Positions 27,161-39,508 of a DNA stretch of 64,000 bases are shown one piece after another (position 1 is the stretch's first letter; each line of letters starts with the position of its first letter). The notes below the pieces were generated by a model. It was not told where the DNA came from. It saw only the letters and a list, made by a program, of their open reading frames with translations, and ran no database searches. Made by a program: the position numbers and the translations under genes. Source of the DNA: Macrostomum lignano (lineage: Eukaryota); contig NIVC01001216.1 in NCBI GenBank assembly GCA_002269645.1, positions 186,001-250,000 of the forward strand, given 5' to 3'.

Positions 27161-28256
27161 AAACTGTATGCATACTTTATTATGAATGTTGCATTAGAAG
27201 CAGTTAAAATATGTGTAGCACTTTGGAATCTTCTCCTCTCCGGTGAAATACATACGCTCGTATATTGTAATATTTGCTGTATAGTATGAATAAGGAATGT
27301 TTTTATATTAACAGCAATGTCGAGTGCCAACCGTGCTGTTTCTGCATCGCACCTAGTCCATCAGGGGCCGGGCCAGCATAGCAGAGCACTAAAAGCGCGC
27401 CCAGATGATCTTCTTTAGCATCCGTCACCAATTTTCCCTTCCCTAATTGATGTGGATGGCATTTATGTGTGCGCGCGAAGGGCAATGCGGGGTGAGTTCC
27501 AGTTGAGGTTTGTGGTGGTAAACGAAAGGCCGACCCGTTTTAGAGGCCGATCTTGTGTGTTATAAACAATCTGTGTATGGCATGCGTGCTCCTAGTTGTT
27601 AGGAAACAAAGTGCACCCGCCATGAGAGAAGAGTGGCTTGCTTTCTCTCTTCTGTGCCTTCTCTTCCCCCCCACTCTCCCACTGCCCCCCCCCCCCAGTT
27701 TCCGGCATTAATCTGTGTCGCAACGATCAGTTACTAACCTCTAGAGGCCCTCCGTCTCCGCCAGAGGCAGAGGCTGAGCAGAAATATATAACGGAGAGCG
27801 ATCCTTTTTAGACGAATTACTCTATTTATCTATCTATCTGTTAGATAAGAGATTTATAGTCATGCATCAATCCATATATAACTATCGATCTTGCTTAGCA
27901 ATGATAGTCCCATTGGCTTGTGTCGTTTATTCTACTCGTTATTCAATCTTCGATTTTCTGTTCAATCTGTTTTTGGCTCTGCAATGGAGATTCCATCTAG
28001 TGGAAGTTAAATGGTCAGGCGCAAAATTTGTGCCAAATTTGTGCAAAAATATTGCGGTCAGGGTCTGATATCTCGTGGGGGTTAGATTAGTTAGATTAGT
28101 TAGATTAGTTAGATTAGACAGTCAGGACCGCCGTACACCCTGTCGCTTGTATTCATATGCTCTGAGGAGTCAGCGGAATGGGATGCCAGGGTGCCCGCAA
28201 CCCTCCTGCGAATATTTGTTTGTTTATATGCTGGGATATGTCTCTTTCCTGTTTGC

Positions 28257-28273
28257 ATGTCTGCCTGTCTGCA

Positions 28274-28360
<87 letters not shown>
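28257..28360 (+). repeat. (TCTG)n microsatellite
   Basis: Read directly. Confidence 0.95.
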
Positions 28361-28363
<3 letters not shown>

Positions 28364-28696
28364 CCTTTTAAGATTTCTAAAAGGCAATGCGTTTCAGAGA
28401 AAAACTTACCCGAAAATATGTCTTTAATAATACTGTTAAGTTTTTTGTTTTCATGATTTTGTTTAAAGAGGCGCGCGCTTTTGCATTCACAACTCTGCAG
28501 GCTTACTTTATCTCCATCCGTATATTGTGCTTCAATTTAGATAATACGAGTTTTATTTTCGCAAGTTTACAAGTTTACAAGAAGAAGAATAGCTTAGGTT
28601 TCGCAGAAAGTTTTGTCAACAATTACTCTAATAAATATGCTTAATAAGTTATTTTGATAAAGTTTCGTTGGTAATAAATATTTAGCTCTGTTATTA

Positions 28697-29130
28697 ATCT
28701 GTACGTCTGTACAGCAGTAGATCTGTACGTCTGTACAGCAGTAGATCTGTACGTCTGTACAGCAGTAGATCTGTACGTCTGTACAGCAGTAGATCTGTAC
28801 GTCTGTACAGCAGTAGATCTGTACGTCTGTACACCAGTAGATCTGTACGTCTGTACAGCAGTAGATCTGTACGTCTGTACAGCAGTAGATCTGTACGTCT
28901 GTACAGCAGTAGATCTGTACGTCTGTACAGCAGTAGATCTGTACGTCTGTACAGCAGTAGATCTGTACGTCTGTACAGCAGTAGATCTGTACGTCTGTAC
29001 AGCAGTAGATCTGTACGTCTGTACAGCAGTAGATCTGTACGTCTGTACAGCAGTAGATCTGTACGTCTGTACAGCAGTAGATCTGTACGTCTGTACAGCA
29101 GTAGATCTGTACGTCTGTACAGCAGTAGAT
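28697..29130 (+). repeat. 24-bp near-perfect tandem array (GTAGATCTGTACGTCTGTACAGCA)n just downstream of the GPCR stop
   Basis: Read directly. Confidence 0.97.
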
Positions 29131-29194
29131 ACCTCTCGATGATAGACGACAGAACAAATTAATTATTGATTTATGTCCGGGTTATTCAATAAAT

Positions 29195-29794
29195 TCATAC
29201 AATCGGCGTGACAGTCTCTGTTGCCGTCTTCTGCGGAACAACGTTGTCGTTTAGTACGCAGTCTCCTCCGCCGCTGTCGCCTCCGTTCCTTTTGTTATTG
29301 TTGCTAATATTAGCAACACTCGGTGTCACCTGTTTCCTATTGGCCGCCACTATATCAAGGTAGTTCACTTGCTTCTGTTGCATTGGCTGCGGCTGCTGCT
29401 GCTGGTGTCCGTGCAGTTGCAGAAGAAGCTGCTGCTGCTTCCTGTGCCGGTTCTCTTGCCGCAATTTCCTAGCATCGGCCACGCATTTTGGCGCAAATGT
29501 AGATACGAAAGTTTCGCGAAATTGCGAACTCATGCCGTAGAGCCAGAAGATGTTAGTAGCGGAATTCAGTATGACCAGAATGTCCATGAGGTTGCCAAGT
29601 TGGAAATAGATCACCTTGAATATGCAGTCGTCCATTGCTGCGCCTAGATTGAGGCAGCCTTGAGGAAATTCCGTCACGGTGAAGCTGAACACTACAGCGA
29701 CTAGTAGAATTGTTCGCCTAGTGTGCTCGCGCAGATTTCTGGCCTCCTTGCAGCGAACTCGGTCAGCTTTGAGTCTTTTTCGTCGGATTCGTAC
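29195..29794 (-). CDS. Nested GPCR exon 2 (ICL3, TM6, TM7, poly-Q C-tail)
   Basis: Acceptor aaatgcag|GTA. Encodes RRTILLVAVVFSFTVTEFPQG (TM6) and DILVILNSATNIFWLYGMSSQFRETF (TM7/H8); TGA at 29197-29195. Confidence 0.88.
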   Translation of the reverse strand, partial: VRIRRKRLKADRVRCKEARNLREHTRRTILLVAVVFSFTVTEFPQGCLNLGAAMDDCIFKVIYFQLGNLMDILVILNSATNIFWLYGMSSQFRETFVSTFAPKCVADARKLRQENRHRKQQQLLLQLHGHQQQQPQPMQQKQVNYLDIVAANRKQVTPSVANISNNNKRNGGDSGGGDCVLNDNVVPQKTATETVTPIV

Positions 29795-29929
29795 CTGCAT
29801 TTTAATTTATGAGTGATTGTTATCTTAATGAGCTGTAATCGTTAGAACTGATATTATTATTTGCACGGTAAATATCTAAGATAAACTGAGGTCTTTATTT
29901 TAGGTAATACAGTGTACATGTGGTTAGGA

Positions 29930-30243
29930 GAGGGCGTAGCTTAGTGATGTACCAGCGGCCCAGGCTCGATTCCAAGTGCAGTCGCATTAATTTGGGGCTA
30001 AATTGGAGTCTCGGCTTGGCTCTGTTCGTGCAATTAACACCCAGCTTAAGGGCCAACCCCCAAAGCACAGTAAAGTGTACATGCCTAACGATAAATAAAG
30101 TTAGGGCCGCTGTACACTCCTGTGTGAGTGTGTGCCTGTGCGTTTGACTGCGTGCAGCGTACGTGTCCGTGCGCTTGTGTGCCTGCTCAGGGGAGTCGGC
30201 TGAGTGGGCAGTGATGACTCTCGCCGGTTGTGTGACAATGTCT
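29930..30243 (+). mobile_element. Second copy of the tRNA-derived SINE (head partly deleted), in the GPCR intron
   Basis: Colinear with the reverse complement of 4905-5200, e.g. CCCAGGCTCGATTCCAAGTGCAG, AAGTGTACATGCCTAAC, AAAGTTAGGGCCGCTGTACACTCCTGTGTGAGTGTGTGCC and GCCTGCTCAGGGGAGTCGGC. Confidence 0.85.
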
Positions 30244-30874
30244 ATGTATGTTTAAGGGCTGTTTTACATGTACCGGTGTACAATAAGAAGCGACATTTTA
30301 AATTAGAAATACAGCTAATCAGAATTGAACAATACGAAGTAAACAAAGTATCAATGAGTAGCATGCATTGTTCTGCAGTCAAATTTTACGAATCCAGAAC
30401 AGCTTTAATTAAAATAACATACAGCTGTTTCCCTGGCAACTGTGTGTAAATCTCTGATTCTTCTATTTCCAGATGCATACCATCAGTTCTTGTTATTGTC
30501 ACAAACAGAAGAGCTCGTTATATGGCGTTAATACCCTATCTAATGCTAAGCGGTTCGTTTGATCTTTGATGAAAGATGCAAAGACAGGAAATATGTTTGT
30601 ACATCTCTGTGCATTTACATATAGCTGGTTGTTTGTAATTGACAGTGGTGTAGCACGCCTGTTTTATTCTAAACTGCAGGCGATGCCTTTATCGAAGACG
30701 GGATTAGCCAAAACTAACGACATTTTACGAGCTCGTAATAGTTTTCTCACATATGTCAGCCTGCTTGTCAACAACTGTCGTAGTTGTTTTTCTTTTTTTT
30801 TCTATATGATTTATTATTGTGGGAAACTTACCAAGACATGCACTTTATCTGATGCTGTCGCGGTCTATTTAGTA

Positions 30875-30920
30875 CAGGGGTCGGCAAACCCCGGCCTGTG
30901 GGCCACATGCAGCCCCCGAA
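30875..30920 (+). mobile_element. hAT-like terminal fragment
   Basis: CAGGGGTCGGCAAACCCCGGCCTGTGGGCCACATGCAGCCC resembles typical hAT MITE ends; partner end not found. Confidence 0.45.
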
Positions 30921-31314
30921 GCCTCTCTATTCAGGGTTTGTCTCTTCTCAGTGCTCTTCTCTCTCATCTACTCTCCCTCTCCCTCTCTCCTCTCCTTTCT
31001 CCTATCTTTGTCCTCTCCTATTTCAAGTCTCCTCTCATCTCTCTTTTTCCTTTATTCCATGGCCTCTTCTCTTTCTCTTATTTTCTTTCTCTCTTCTCTA
31101 TTCCATCTTATTTCTCCTCTTATCTGGCTGCAGTCATGCTCTAGGTTCTATATCTGGCCCTTGAGGTGCTCACGCCTCACCTACTGAGTATAGATTGTAA
31201 GTCTATGCATGAATTACAGCCTAAAGTACGAGCTATTTGACGGATGCAATCAGAATGCTCATGGTAGTGCAGTTGCTAATTGTATCAAATATCAATCAAT
31301 ATTGCACTACTAAC

Positions 31315-32022
31315 CTGTCTGAGCGCGTACAATAGCATTCCACTGAAGATGCAGATTAACAGGGAGCTAAACATCTTGACAAATATGCCATAGATGTACA
31401 TGTTGAGCTTCTCGATCTTCAACCGTTTAACCCAATCGTAGACATCGAACCACCAGCTATCGGTGTTTTTGCTCTGCTTCAACTTGAAGCTCATCGAGTT
31501 AGGCAGTGTAGCCAGCACAGACACAACCACTATGCCAATTAGGCAGTACTTTGTCCTCTTCATGCTGCACCAAGTCGGTCCTTCGGTTGGAAAGTACACT
31601 GCTATAAATCGAAAGAAAGCCAGAGCCACCGTGAACAGCGTTGCAATCACGTGACCGATGATAGTAATAACATTGTGCGCAAGAATTAGTAGCATGGCCA
31701 ATTTGGAGTGTATAGCGTCTGGTATTGGTTCGCTAATTATGTACATGTAGATAGCGTAATAAGCGTAAGTTGTCATCTTGATAGTGTCGCAAACGCTAAT
31801 CCCAGTTAGAATGACGTTGAACGGATTTCGCATCGTCTTTCGAGTCAGTACGACGCACATAATGATGTTTAGCATGATGCCAACAATGCAGATGCTGCTG
31901 CTTAAATAGCCGTGCACTCTGCCGCTGAGCCTCTGGTCTAGATAGTAAATCAAACTGAAGTTGTATCTGCTGCAGTTGCTTGTCGGCACCCAGCTGCCAT
32001 TGTCCGTCTCCGGTTGCGACAT
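31315..32022 (-). CDS. Nested class A (rhodopsin) peptide GPCR, myosuppressin/DMSR/sex-peptide-receptor-like, exon 1 (TM1-TM5)
   Basis: N-glycosylation sites NGS, NCS and NFS; TM1 GIMLNIIMCVVLTRKTMRNPFNVIL; TM3 LAFFRFIAV (DMSR-type replacement of DRY); donor CAG|gttagt, phase 0. Spliced product 435 aa; upstream in-frame Mets (e.g. 32160) make the start uncertain. Confidence 0.88.
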
Positions 32023-32212
32023 GGCCAAGTTTATTTGTAGCAGGCAATGTTCTCTTTTTCTTAGGCGGCTCTGCCTGTTTACTCGGCTTTTCTGTTTCTG
32101 TGTGAAGGAAATTCGAGTTTTGTCGTCGTGAGTTGATGCTCTCATATATGCTGATAGCATTCCTCTGAGGAGAAGTGTAGAAGTGAAATATATGCTTTCA
32201 TCCGGCTGCCTA

Positions 32213-33213
32213 ATTGGTTCTCGGTGGGGCGTCCACAGCTCGTCTCTGATTGGCTGGCTGTGCCAGTGTGTCACGCGCGGCGAGGACTCTCTGAACGACA
32301 AGGAAAAAAATAATATGGAGAGAGGCTTTCGGTGCCGCTTCTGGTTGTTTCACCACGCAAATCTCTTTGGCTGACTAGTACTAGTCAACCTGGATGGCTG
32401 AAGTCTTGCTTTGTATCTTGCAGTTTCTTGCTCTCATTCTTACTGCTCTTCCCTTTTTGCCTTTCATCTATGTGCGTGTTTCTGCACTCGTTTAGCTCGT
32501 TGTACATAGCCAGGTGGGGTTAGCGCCCTAGGTCGGCCTGACACTTGAACAGAAGCCATATATTAATTGCTAGAACTTTTGCATCACGTATGTATGAATT
32601 CTCTGCCGGCTTTCTTTAGCCCTTTTTCTTTTCTCATTCCCATTTTCGCTTCGTTTTATCTTTAGGAGAGCGTTTAGTACTTGGCAAGATGCCATTTTCC
32701 TGTTTGTTGTGAGCTCTAAGAAACTGATTTTTATTTGTTAACAAATTATTAAATATTTATTTGCAAGCTGAACAAAAGCAGACACGTGTCTTAAGACGGT
32801 GTCTTAAGTTGGCTATATCCCAACGCTCTATGCGAGCACTGAGACTCGAGACTCAGCACTTCAAGTCCCACTGCTTGCCAAACTCACTGTCGCACTAACG
32901 AGCAGGCCCTGGTGACAATGGTCTAAACTGAACCCGAAGGAACAGAAGCAGGGTCACTAGTCACAATTTGCGGTTGCTGGCATTTTGTCGCTCTAAACAG
33001 TCTCACAAGTGCAAATCACTTAGATATTTGGCTTGGAGGGCAGGGGCAACGGGCGGTGGGAAAGCTGCACGCAAAAGTGAGGTGGGGCGTAAGCTGCAGG
33101 GTAAGAGAAACGGTGGGATGGGGCTGAGGGAGAGAGATGATTGGCTGCGGCCGACCTGGACACAGTGGGGGGGGTAAAAAACTAGGATGGCTGGCGACAA
33201 GCGAGCAGCCAAT
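32213..33213 (-). promoter_or_regulatory. Putative GPCR promoter region with CCAAT boxes
   Basis: ATTGG/CCAAT at 32213, 32249, 33140 and 33209 in GC-richer context upstream of the GPCR start; function not shown. Confidence 0.3.
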
Positions 33214-33254
33214 CAGCGCGGGGGGGAGGATAAAGCATCATTGGGGGCTGCTAA

Positions 33255-33717
33255 AGTACAGTTCCGGGCCAATACATTAGATCATCACAACAACTACTCG
33301 TAAAGTGTCATCCGGTTGAATATAAAGGAATATTTTTTTCAACATGGTTAGCAACGCATTGAATTAACTGTGTTGCTTTCGCAACAACTAGACTGGTTTT
33401 ACAGTCAACGAATAACTGTTCAGCTTGTAGAAATACTGGAATGCCAAGCTGTTGCAGGAAAAAACTGCTTTCATCTGAATGCAGTTTGTGCTGACTTATG
33501 ACGCTAAAGCTATTTGTACTTGTGCCTTACCATTTTGTATCTTCTTTGCAGCGGAACCAGGGCAGTTCTTGAAAAAGGCAGCAAAATATCTGAATGGTCT
33601 TGTCCTTGCTGGTGGACATTGTTTAAAAATGTCAAACTAGATGTAGTGCGCATTCTTTTAGTATCTCCATCTTTAGCATCCGTCTTTGCACTAGATAGAT
33701 ACTACTTCGACTGTACT
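33255..33717. mobile_element. Kolobok-like non-autonomous element
   Basis: Termini AGTACAGT ... ACTGTACT flanked by CTAA and TTAA (RR..YY ends with a TTAA-type target); short TIR only. Confidence 0.45.
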
Positions 33718-33724
33718 TTAATGT

Positions 33725-34510
33725 CTAGCTGTGATTGTAATCTCTAGCTGTGATTGTAATCTCTAGCTGTGATTGTCACCGCTAGCTGTGATTGTAATCT
33801 CTAGCTGTGATTATCACCTCTAGCTGTGATTGTAATCTTTAGCTGTGATTGTAATCTCTAGCTGTGGTTGTAATCTCTAGCTGTGGTTGTATTTTAATCT
33901 CTAGCTGTGAGTGTAATTAATCTCTTACTATGATTGTAATCTCTAGCTGTGATTGTACTGTGGTTATATTGTAATCCCTAGCTATGCTTGTAATCCCTAG
34001 CTGTGATTGTAATCTCTAGCTGTGGTTGTAATCTCTAGCTGTGGTTGTATTGTAATCCCTAGCTATGATTTTAATCCTAGCCATGGTTGTAATCCCTAGC
34101 TATGATTGTAATCTCTAGTTGTGGTTGTAATCTCTAGCTGTGGTTGTTATCTCTAGCTGTGTTTGTAATCTCTAGCTGTGGTTGTTATCTCTAGCTGTGT
34201 TTGTAATCTCTAGCTGTGGTTGTTATCTCTAGCTGTGTTTGTAATCTCTAGCTGTGGTTGTTATCTCTAGCTGTGTTTGTAATCTCTAGCTGTGGTTGTT
34301 ATCTCTAGCTGTGTTTGTAATCTCTAGCTGTGGTTGTTATCTCTAGCTGTGTTTGTAATCTCTAGCTGCGGTTGTAATCTCTAGCTGTGTTTGTAATCTC
34401 TAGCTGCGGTTGTAATCTCTAGCTGTGTTTGTAATCTCTAGCTGTGGTTGTAATCTCTAGCTGTGTTTGTAATCTCTAGCTGCGGTTGTAATCTCTAGCT
34501 GTGTTTGTAA
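33725..34510 (+). repeat. 19-bp tandem array (TGTAATCTCTAGCTGTG(A/G/T)T)n
   Basis: Read directly. Confidence 0.93.
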
Positions 34511-36419
34511 TATCTTCAAAATTCCTAATAGTTAAAATTATGATAACGCTTTTCAATATATTGTTTATGACAAATTCAAAGAATGACCAACACTAGAAGT
34601 TAATCCATAAGTTTAATCGTCTTCTAAAAAGAGCGCCAATTTTTTTTTTACCTGCTAAAATCGTTTCATTCGTTTCAATCTTCGGCCTCAGTCAGTGCTT
34701 ACTGATTAACCCGAAAATTTGCTTTCAAATAAAGCTTCTTGTCCATGCGATTTCATTTTAGCGAGAAGGAAGTCCCGAGAGATGTTCAGGCTGGGAGAGT
34801 AGACAGGATTATCAGGGTCCCCCAGACAGGATTGGCGGCGCTCTCTGATTCAGGTTCTCACGGCCACAAAATGTCGAGCAGCTTTTCATCTCTAGGAGGC
34901 AGTTTTTTTTCTCTTTAATTTCCCCGCCCACTCGTCGTTGGTTCATCCGTCAGGCGGGGCATGCTGGAAATTGGAAAAATGTCAGCTCGCTGTTAGTCGC
35001 TTCTCTCTAAATCCCCCATGTGAAGAGCTCAAAGGAGAGTATGGCTGCCGTTATGTGGAATTCCGCTTTCCCTGCTCTCTTTGGCCTCAGTTGCCTTTTT
35101 ATAAAAAGTTTTCTCCCTTAATACTAGCTTTCTTCAGCTGGACTATGCAGTAATAGAATCCAGCAATAGAGGGCCGGAGCAGTTCGCGGCCCAGGGAGTT
35201 GTCACCATGAGAGGGCCAGCCCCCAAGGCACAGGGAGGTGTACATGCCTGTGTGAGCTTCTGTATGAGTGCGTGTCTGCGTACGGTATTGGCGCGCTGGT
35301 TGTGAAATGATTTAGTCGAAGGCGGAACAGAAAAGAACAAAACAGAAATTCTTGTCGCGCTTGCAGACGAAATGATTTCGGTTTAGCAGTCAATTTGTGG
35401 CAGTCAAATTATTCAGATTTATGCATTGTATTAAGCCTCAGGAAAAATTAAGACTTAATTGGAAATTATTCTTTGTAACTTTAATTTCCGTTTTTAATTT
35501 TCTTGTCAAATCTCTTCTAATTTTTATCTAGCTTTTTTTAGCCTGCTTAAAAGCGATTTAAAAAAGCAAATTAGGCAGAAAATGCTTTCTTCTTCTTTGA
35601 GAGATTTTAGGCTTGATTGGATCGGATGTGCGTTGGTTTAGCAGAGTCCGGAACACATTCTCTTTGAAGGCATTATTTTTAGAGAACGATTGAACTGTTC
35701 TGAACGCCGCCATACATGTTCACAGGGCTAATGGCCTTCAGTTTAGTTTTGGGACGAGCCGGAAGTCTGAATATTAATTAAAATTAAAACTACACTCGCC
35801 TTGCGTCAGAACCATATAATTTTGAACGATTTTCACAAAAAATAGATGCGCTGTCTTGTTTGAGAAATCAGTAGATCCAAAATCGCAGACTGACTTTTAT
35901 ATTACACCCTCCTGCAGTAAAACTCATTCTAATTTCATAAATAATTTGGCATACATAAATCAGAGTAGTAATAGAAAATTAGACTTAACGCCATCGGGCT
36001 TTAAAATCGCATTAAAGCTAACAGTTATTAATTCAAATATATGCAAAAAATAATCTTGCAAAAATACAATTAGAAAAACAAAATTTACGAGCGTACTAAC
36101 CTTAGCTATTGTTTTACTCGTTATGTTTTTCTATTGCAATCCATATTGTTAGCTCCTCTTTGAAATCCCGAAATTACTTTTGAAACAAATCAACCGAATG
36201 CACGCTTCGTGAACAGGAGAATTGAATTTTTTTCTACTATCACTATCACATAGAATATGCATGAATAGACTCTGTCCACCAGTGCGTAACAAAACAGACA
36301 AAAAATCTATTTAAAACACACTACAAAACTACATGATATTTTTTCTGAGCAAATTCACTGTTGAGTTCGCGGAATCAGTGTCGTATTAGAAATGAGAATC
36401 AATCGTTTCCCGTCAGGAT

Positions 36420-36900
36420 TCAGTCAGTCAGAATCAGTCATCTTGCAGTCAGAATCAGTCATCTTGCAGTCAGATTGAGTCATCTTGCTGTCAGAATCAG
36501 TCATCTTGCAGTCAGAATCAGTCATCTTGCAGTCAGAATCAGTCATCTTGCAGTCAGAATCAGTCATCTTGCAGTCAGAATCAGTCATCTTGCAGTCAGA
36601 TTGAGTCATCTTGCTGTCAGAATCAGTCATCTTGCAGTCAGAATCAGTCATCTTGCAGTTAGAATCAGTCATCTTGCAGTCAGAATCAGTCATCTTGCAG
36701 TCAGATTGAGTCATCTTGCTGTCAGAATCAGTCATCTTGCAGTCAGAATCAGTCATCTTGCAGTCAGAATCAGTCATCTTGCAGTCAGAATCAGCCATCT
36801 TGCAGTCAGAATCAGTCATCTTGCAGTCAGAATCAGTCATCTTGCAGTCAGAATCAGTCATCTTGCAGTCAGAATCAGTCATCTTGCAGTCAGAATCAGT
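36420..36900 (+). repeat. 21-bp tandem array (CAGAATCAGTCATCTTGCAGT)n
   Basis: Read directly. Confidence 0.96.
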
Positions 36901-36904
36901 CGTT

Positions 36905-37445
36905 TCCAGTTAGAATGAGTAATGAGTCATCTGAAGTCAGAATGAGTCATTACCTGTTAGAATGAGTCAGTTTGAGTTAGAATGAGTCATTTGCAGTTAA
37001 AATGAGTAATTTCCGGTTAGAATGGGCCATTTCCTGTCATAATGAGTCACTTCCAGAGTCACTTCCAGTCAGAATGAATCATTTCCAGTTAGAATAAGTC
37101 ATTTCTAGTCAGAATAAGACATTTCCAGTTCGAATGAGTCATTTCCAGTTAGAATGAGTCATCTCTAGTTAGAATGAGTCATTTCTAGTTAGAATGAGTC
37201 ATTTCCAGTTAGAATGAGTCATTTCTAGTTAGAATGATTAATTTCCAGTCAGAGTGAGTCATTTCCAGTTAGAATGAGTCATTTCTAGTTAGAATGATTA
37301 ATTTCCAGTCAGAGTGAGTCATTTCCAGTTAGAATGAGTCATTTTTAGTCAAAATAAGTCAGTCCCAGTTAGAATGCGTAATTTGCAGTTAAGATGAGTA
37401 ATTTCCATCTAGAATTGGTCATTTCCAGTCAGAGTGAGTCATTTG
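36905..37445 (+). repeat. 20-bp degenerate array (ATTTCCAGTTAGAATGAGTC)n containing ATGAGTCAT
   Basis: Read directly; grades out of the adjacent 21-bp array. Confidence 0.88.
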
Positions 37446-37522
37446 TTGTGAAAATCATTCATTTGTTTGTGGTAACATTTTCAAGCGCATTTATGCGAAA
37501 TGTCCAACTCCACCACCCCCAG

Positions 37523-37825
37523 GTTGCCAGTCACAGTCACCCGGGTCTCCGAAACCTTGCCACCGACGCTCTGGTCTCGTTAGTCAACGCCGCTGTCGAA
37601 TGCGTCGACGTTGAAATTTCCGACAGCGCCGACGAAAGTTCCAAGTCTGGCGCCGCGGCTGCCACCGTGTGGGAGAGCGACCGTCTGGCTCGCCTGGTCC
37701 TCGAGCCGCTGTACCAGCTGTCGCAGTATCACGCTGATACTCGTACGAAGCAGCTGGCCTGTCTGCAGCACCTGCTGAATGTGTGCGGCGATAGGCTGGG
37801 ACCACACTGGAAGCGGTTCATACAG
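37523..37825 (+). CDS. MON2: MON2 exon 8
   Basis: Acceptor ccccag|GTT, donor CAG|gtgtgc, 303 nt. Encodes VASHSHPGLRNLATDALVSLV...TRTKQLACLQHLLNVCGDRLGPHW. Confidence 0.88.
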
Positions 37826-37869
37826 GTGTGCTGATGTGGCTGTTTTTAGTTGGGAAAATTTTATCAGAA

Positions 37870-38400
37870 CTGGTCATATCAGAGTTCAATAGGTCATATC
37901 AGAGTTCAATAGGTCATATCAGAGTTCAATAGGTCATATCAGAGTTCAATAGGTCATATCAGAGTTCAGTAGGTCATATCAGAGTTCAATAGGTCATATC
38001 AGAGTTCAATAGGTCATATCAGAGTTCAATAGGTCATATCAGAGTCCAATAGGTCATATCAGAGTTCAATAGGTCATATCAGAGTTCAATAGGTCATATC
38101 AGAGTTCAGTAGGTCATATCAGAGTTCAATAGGTCATATCAGAGTTCAGTAGGTCATATCAGAGTTCAGTAGGTCATATCAGAGTTCAGTAGGTCATATC
38201 AGAGTTCAGTAGGTCATATCAGAGTTCAGTAGGTCATATCAGAGTTCAGTAGGTCATATCAGAGTTCAGTAGGTCATATCAGAGTTCAGTAGGTCATATC
38301 AGAGTTCAGTAGGTCATATCAGAGTTCAGTAGGTCATATCAGAGTTCAGTAGGTCATATCAGAGTCCAATAGGTCATGTCAGAGTTCAATAAGTAATGCC
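37870..38400 (+). repeat. 20-bp tandem array (AGGTCATATCAGAGTTCA(A/G)T)n
   Basis: Read directly. Confidence 0.96.
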
Positions 38401-39009
38401 AGAGTTCCATTTGAGTCATAAGTAGATAAATAATAATTAATTAAATGTCATAAATAATTCATATCTGAGTCATAAATAGGTCATAATTAAACAAAAACAA
38501 CAAAATCAGTTCAATACAAATTTAATCTAACCTTGAGAGAATATTTTAAATGACTCAAAAGCATATTTTTTCGTGTGCCATTTTTGCTTTCTTGGCAAAT
38601 TTTATCCATAGAAATTTGGATAGTTAGTGTTTTTAAGCCATTGCTTTTTGAGCTCTGCCTACGTCTGAAAATATTTTTGCACTAGCTTTGCCCAGAATGG
38701 TTTTAGATAGCGCTGTAATTTTCTTGTCAGGTGGTTTCTGTAATTTATCTCATCTTCTTTGCCTCTAGAATTAGTCCTACGTAATTACTGTGTTACCCTC
38801 AGATTCTACTGGCACAGCCTTTGAACCGCGACAAACTAGCATGATATGCTTTACTGAATCTTTATTTTCATCAAGTACAACTGTGCTTGTCTCCCAGAAT
38901 TAGTTGTCTTGTGGTCATACTGATCGGCAGACAGTAGGACCTTCTAGACAGAGTGACGGGAAGGCAAAAACAAAGGAAAAAAACACAGACAGATTGATAA
39001 ATAGCAGGA

Positions 39010-39321
39010 CACACAGACAGACAGACAGACAGACATACAGACAGACAGACAGACAGACACTAAGACAGACACCTGTGCTTGACACTAAGACAGACAGACA
39101 CTAAGACAGACACCTGTGCTTGACACTAAGACAGACAGACACTAAGACAGACACCTGTGCTTGACACTAAGACAGACACCTGTGCTTGACACTAAGACAG
39201 ACACCTGTGCTTGACACTAAGACAGACAGACACTAAGACAGACAGACAGACATACATACAGACAGGCAGGCAGGCAGGCAGGCAGGCAGACAGACAGACA
39301 GGCAGACAGACAGACATACAT

Positions 39322-39360
<39 letters not shown>

Positions 39361-39361
39361 T

Positions 39362-39404
<43 letters not shown>

Positions 39405-39447
39405 TACAGACAGACAGACAGGCAGGCAGACAGACAGACAGGCAGGC

Positions 39448-39508
<61 letters not shown>

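Noticed and set aside
28080-28118. Telomere-like (TTAGATTAG)n
   Set aside because: Not TTAGGG, short and interstitial; simple repeat.
32023-32301. 93-aa N-terminal extension of the GPCR in the ORF track
   Set aside because: Begins at a non-ATG codon and crosses a strong acceptor-like site at 32165; N-glycosylation sites cluster after Met 32022. Extension from Met 32160 is not excluded.
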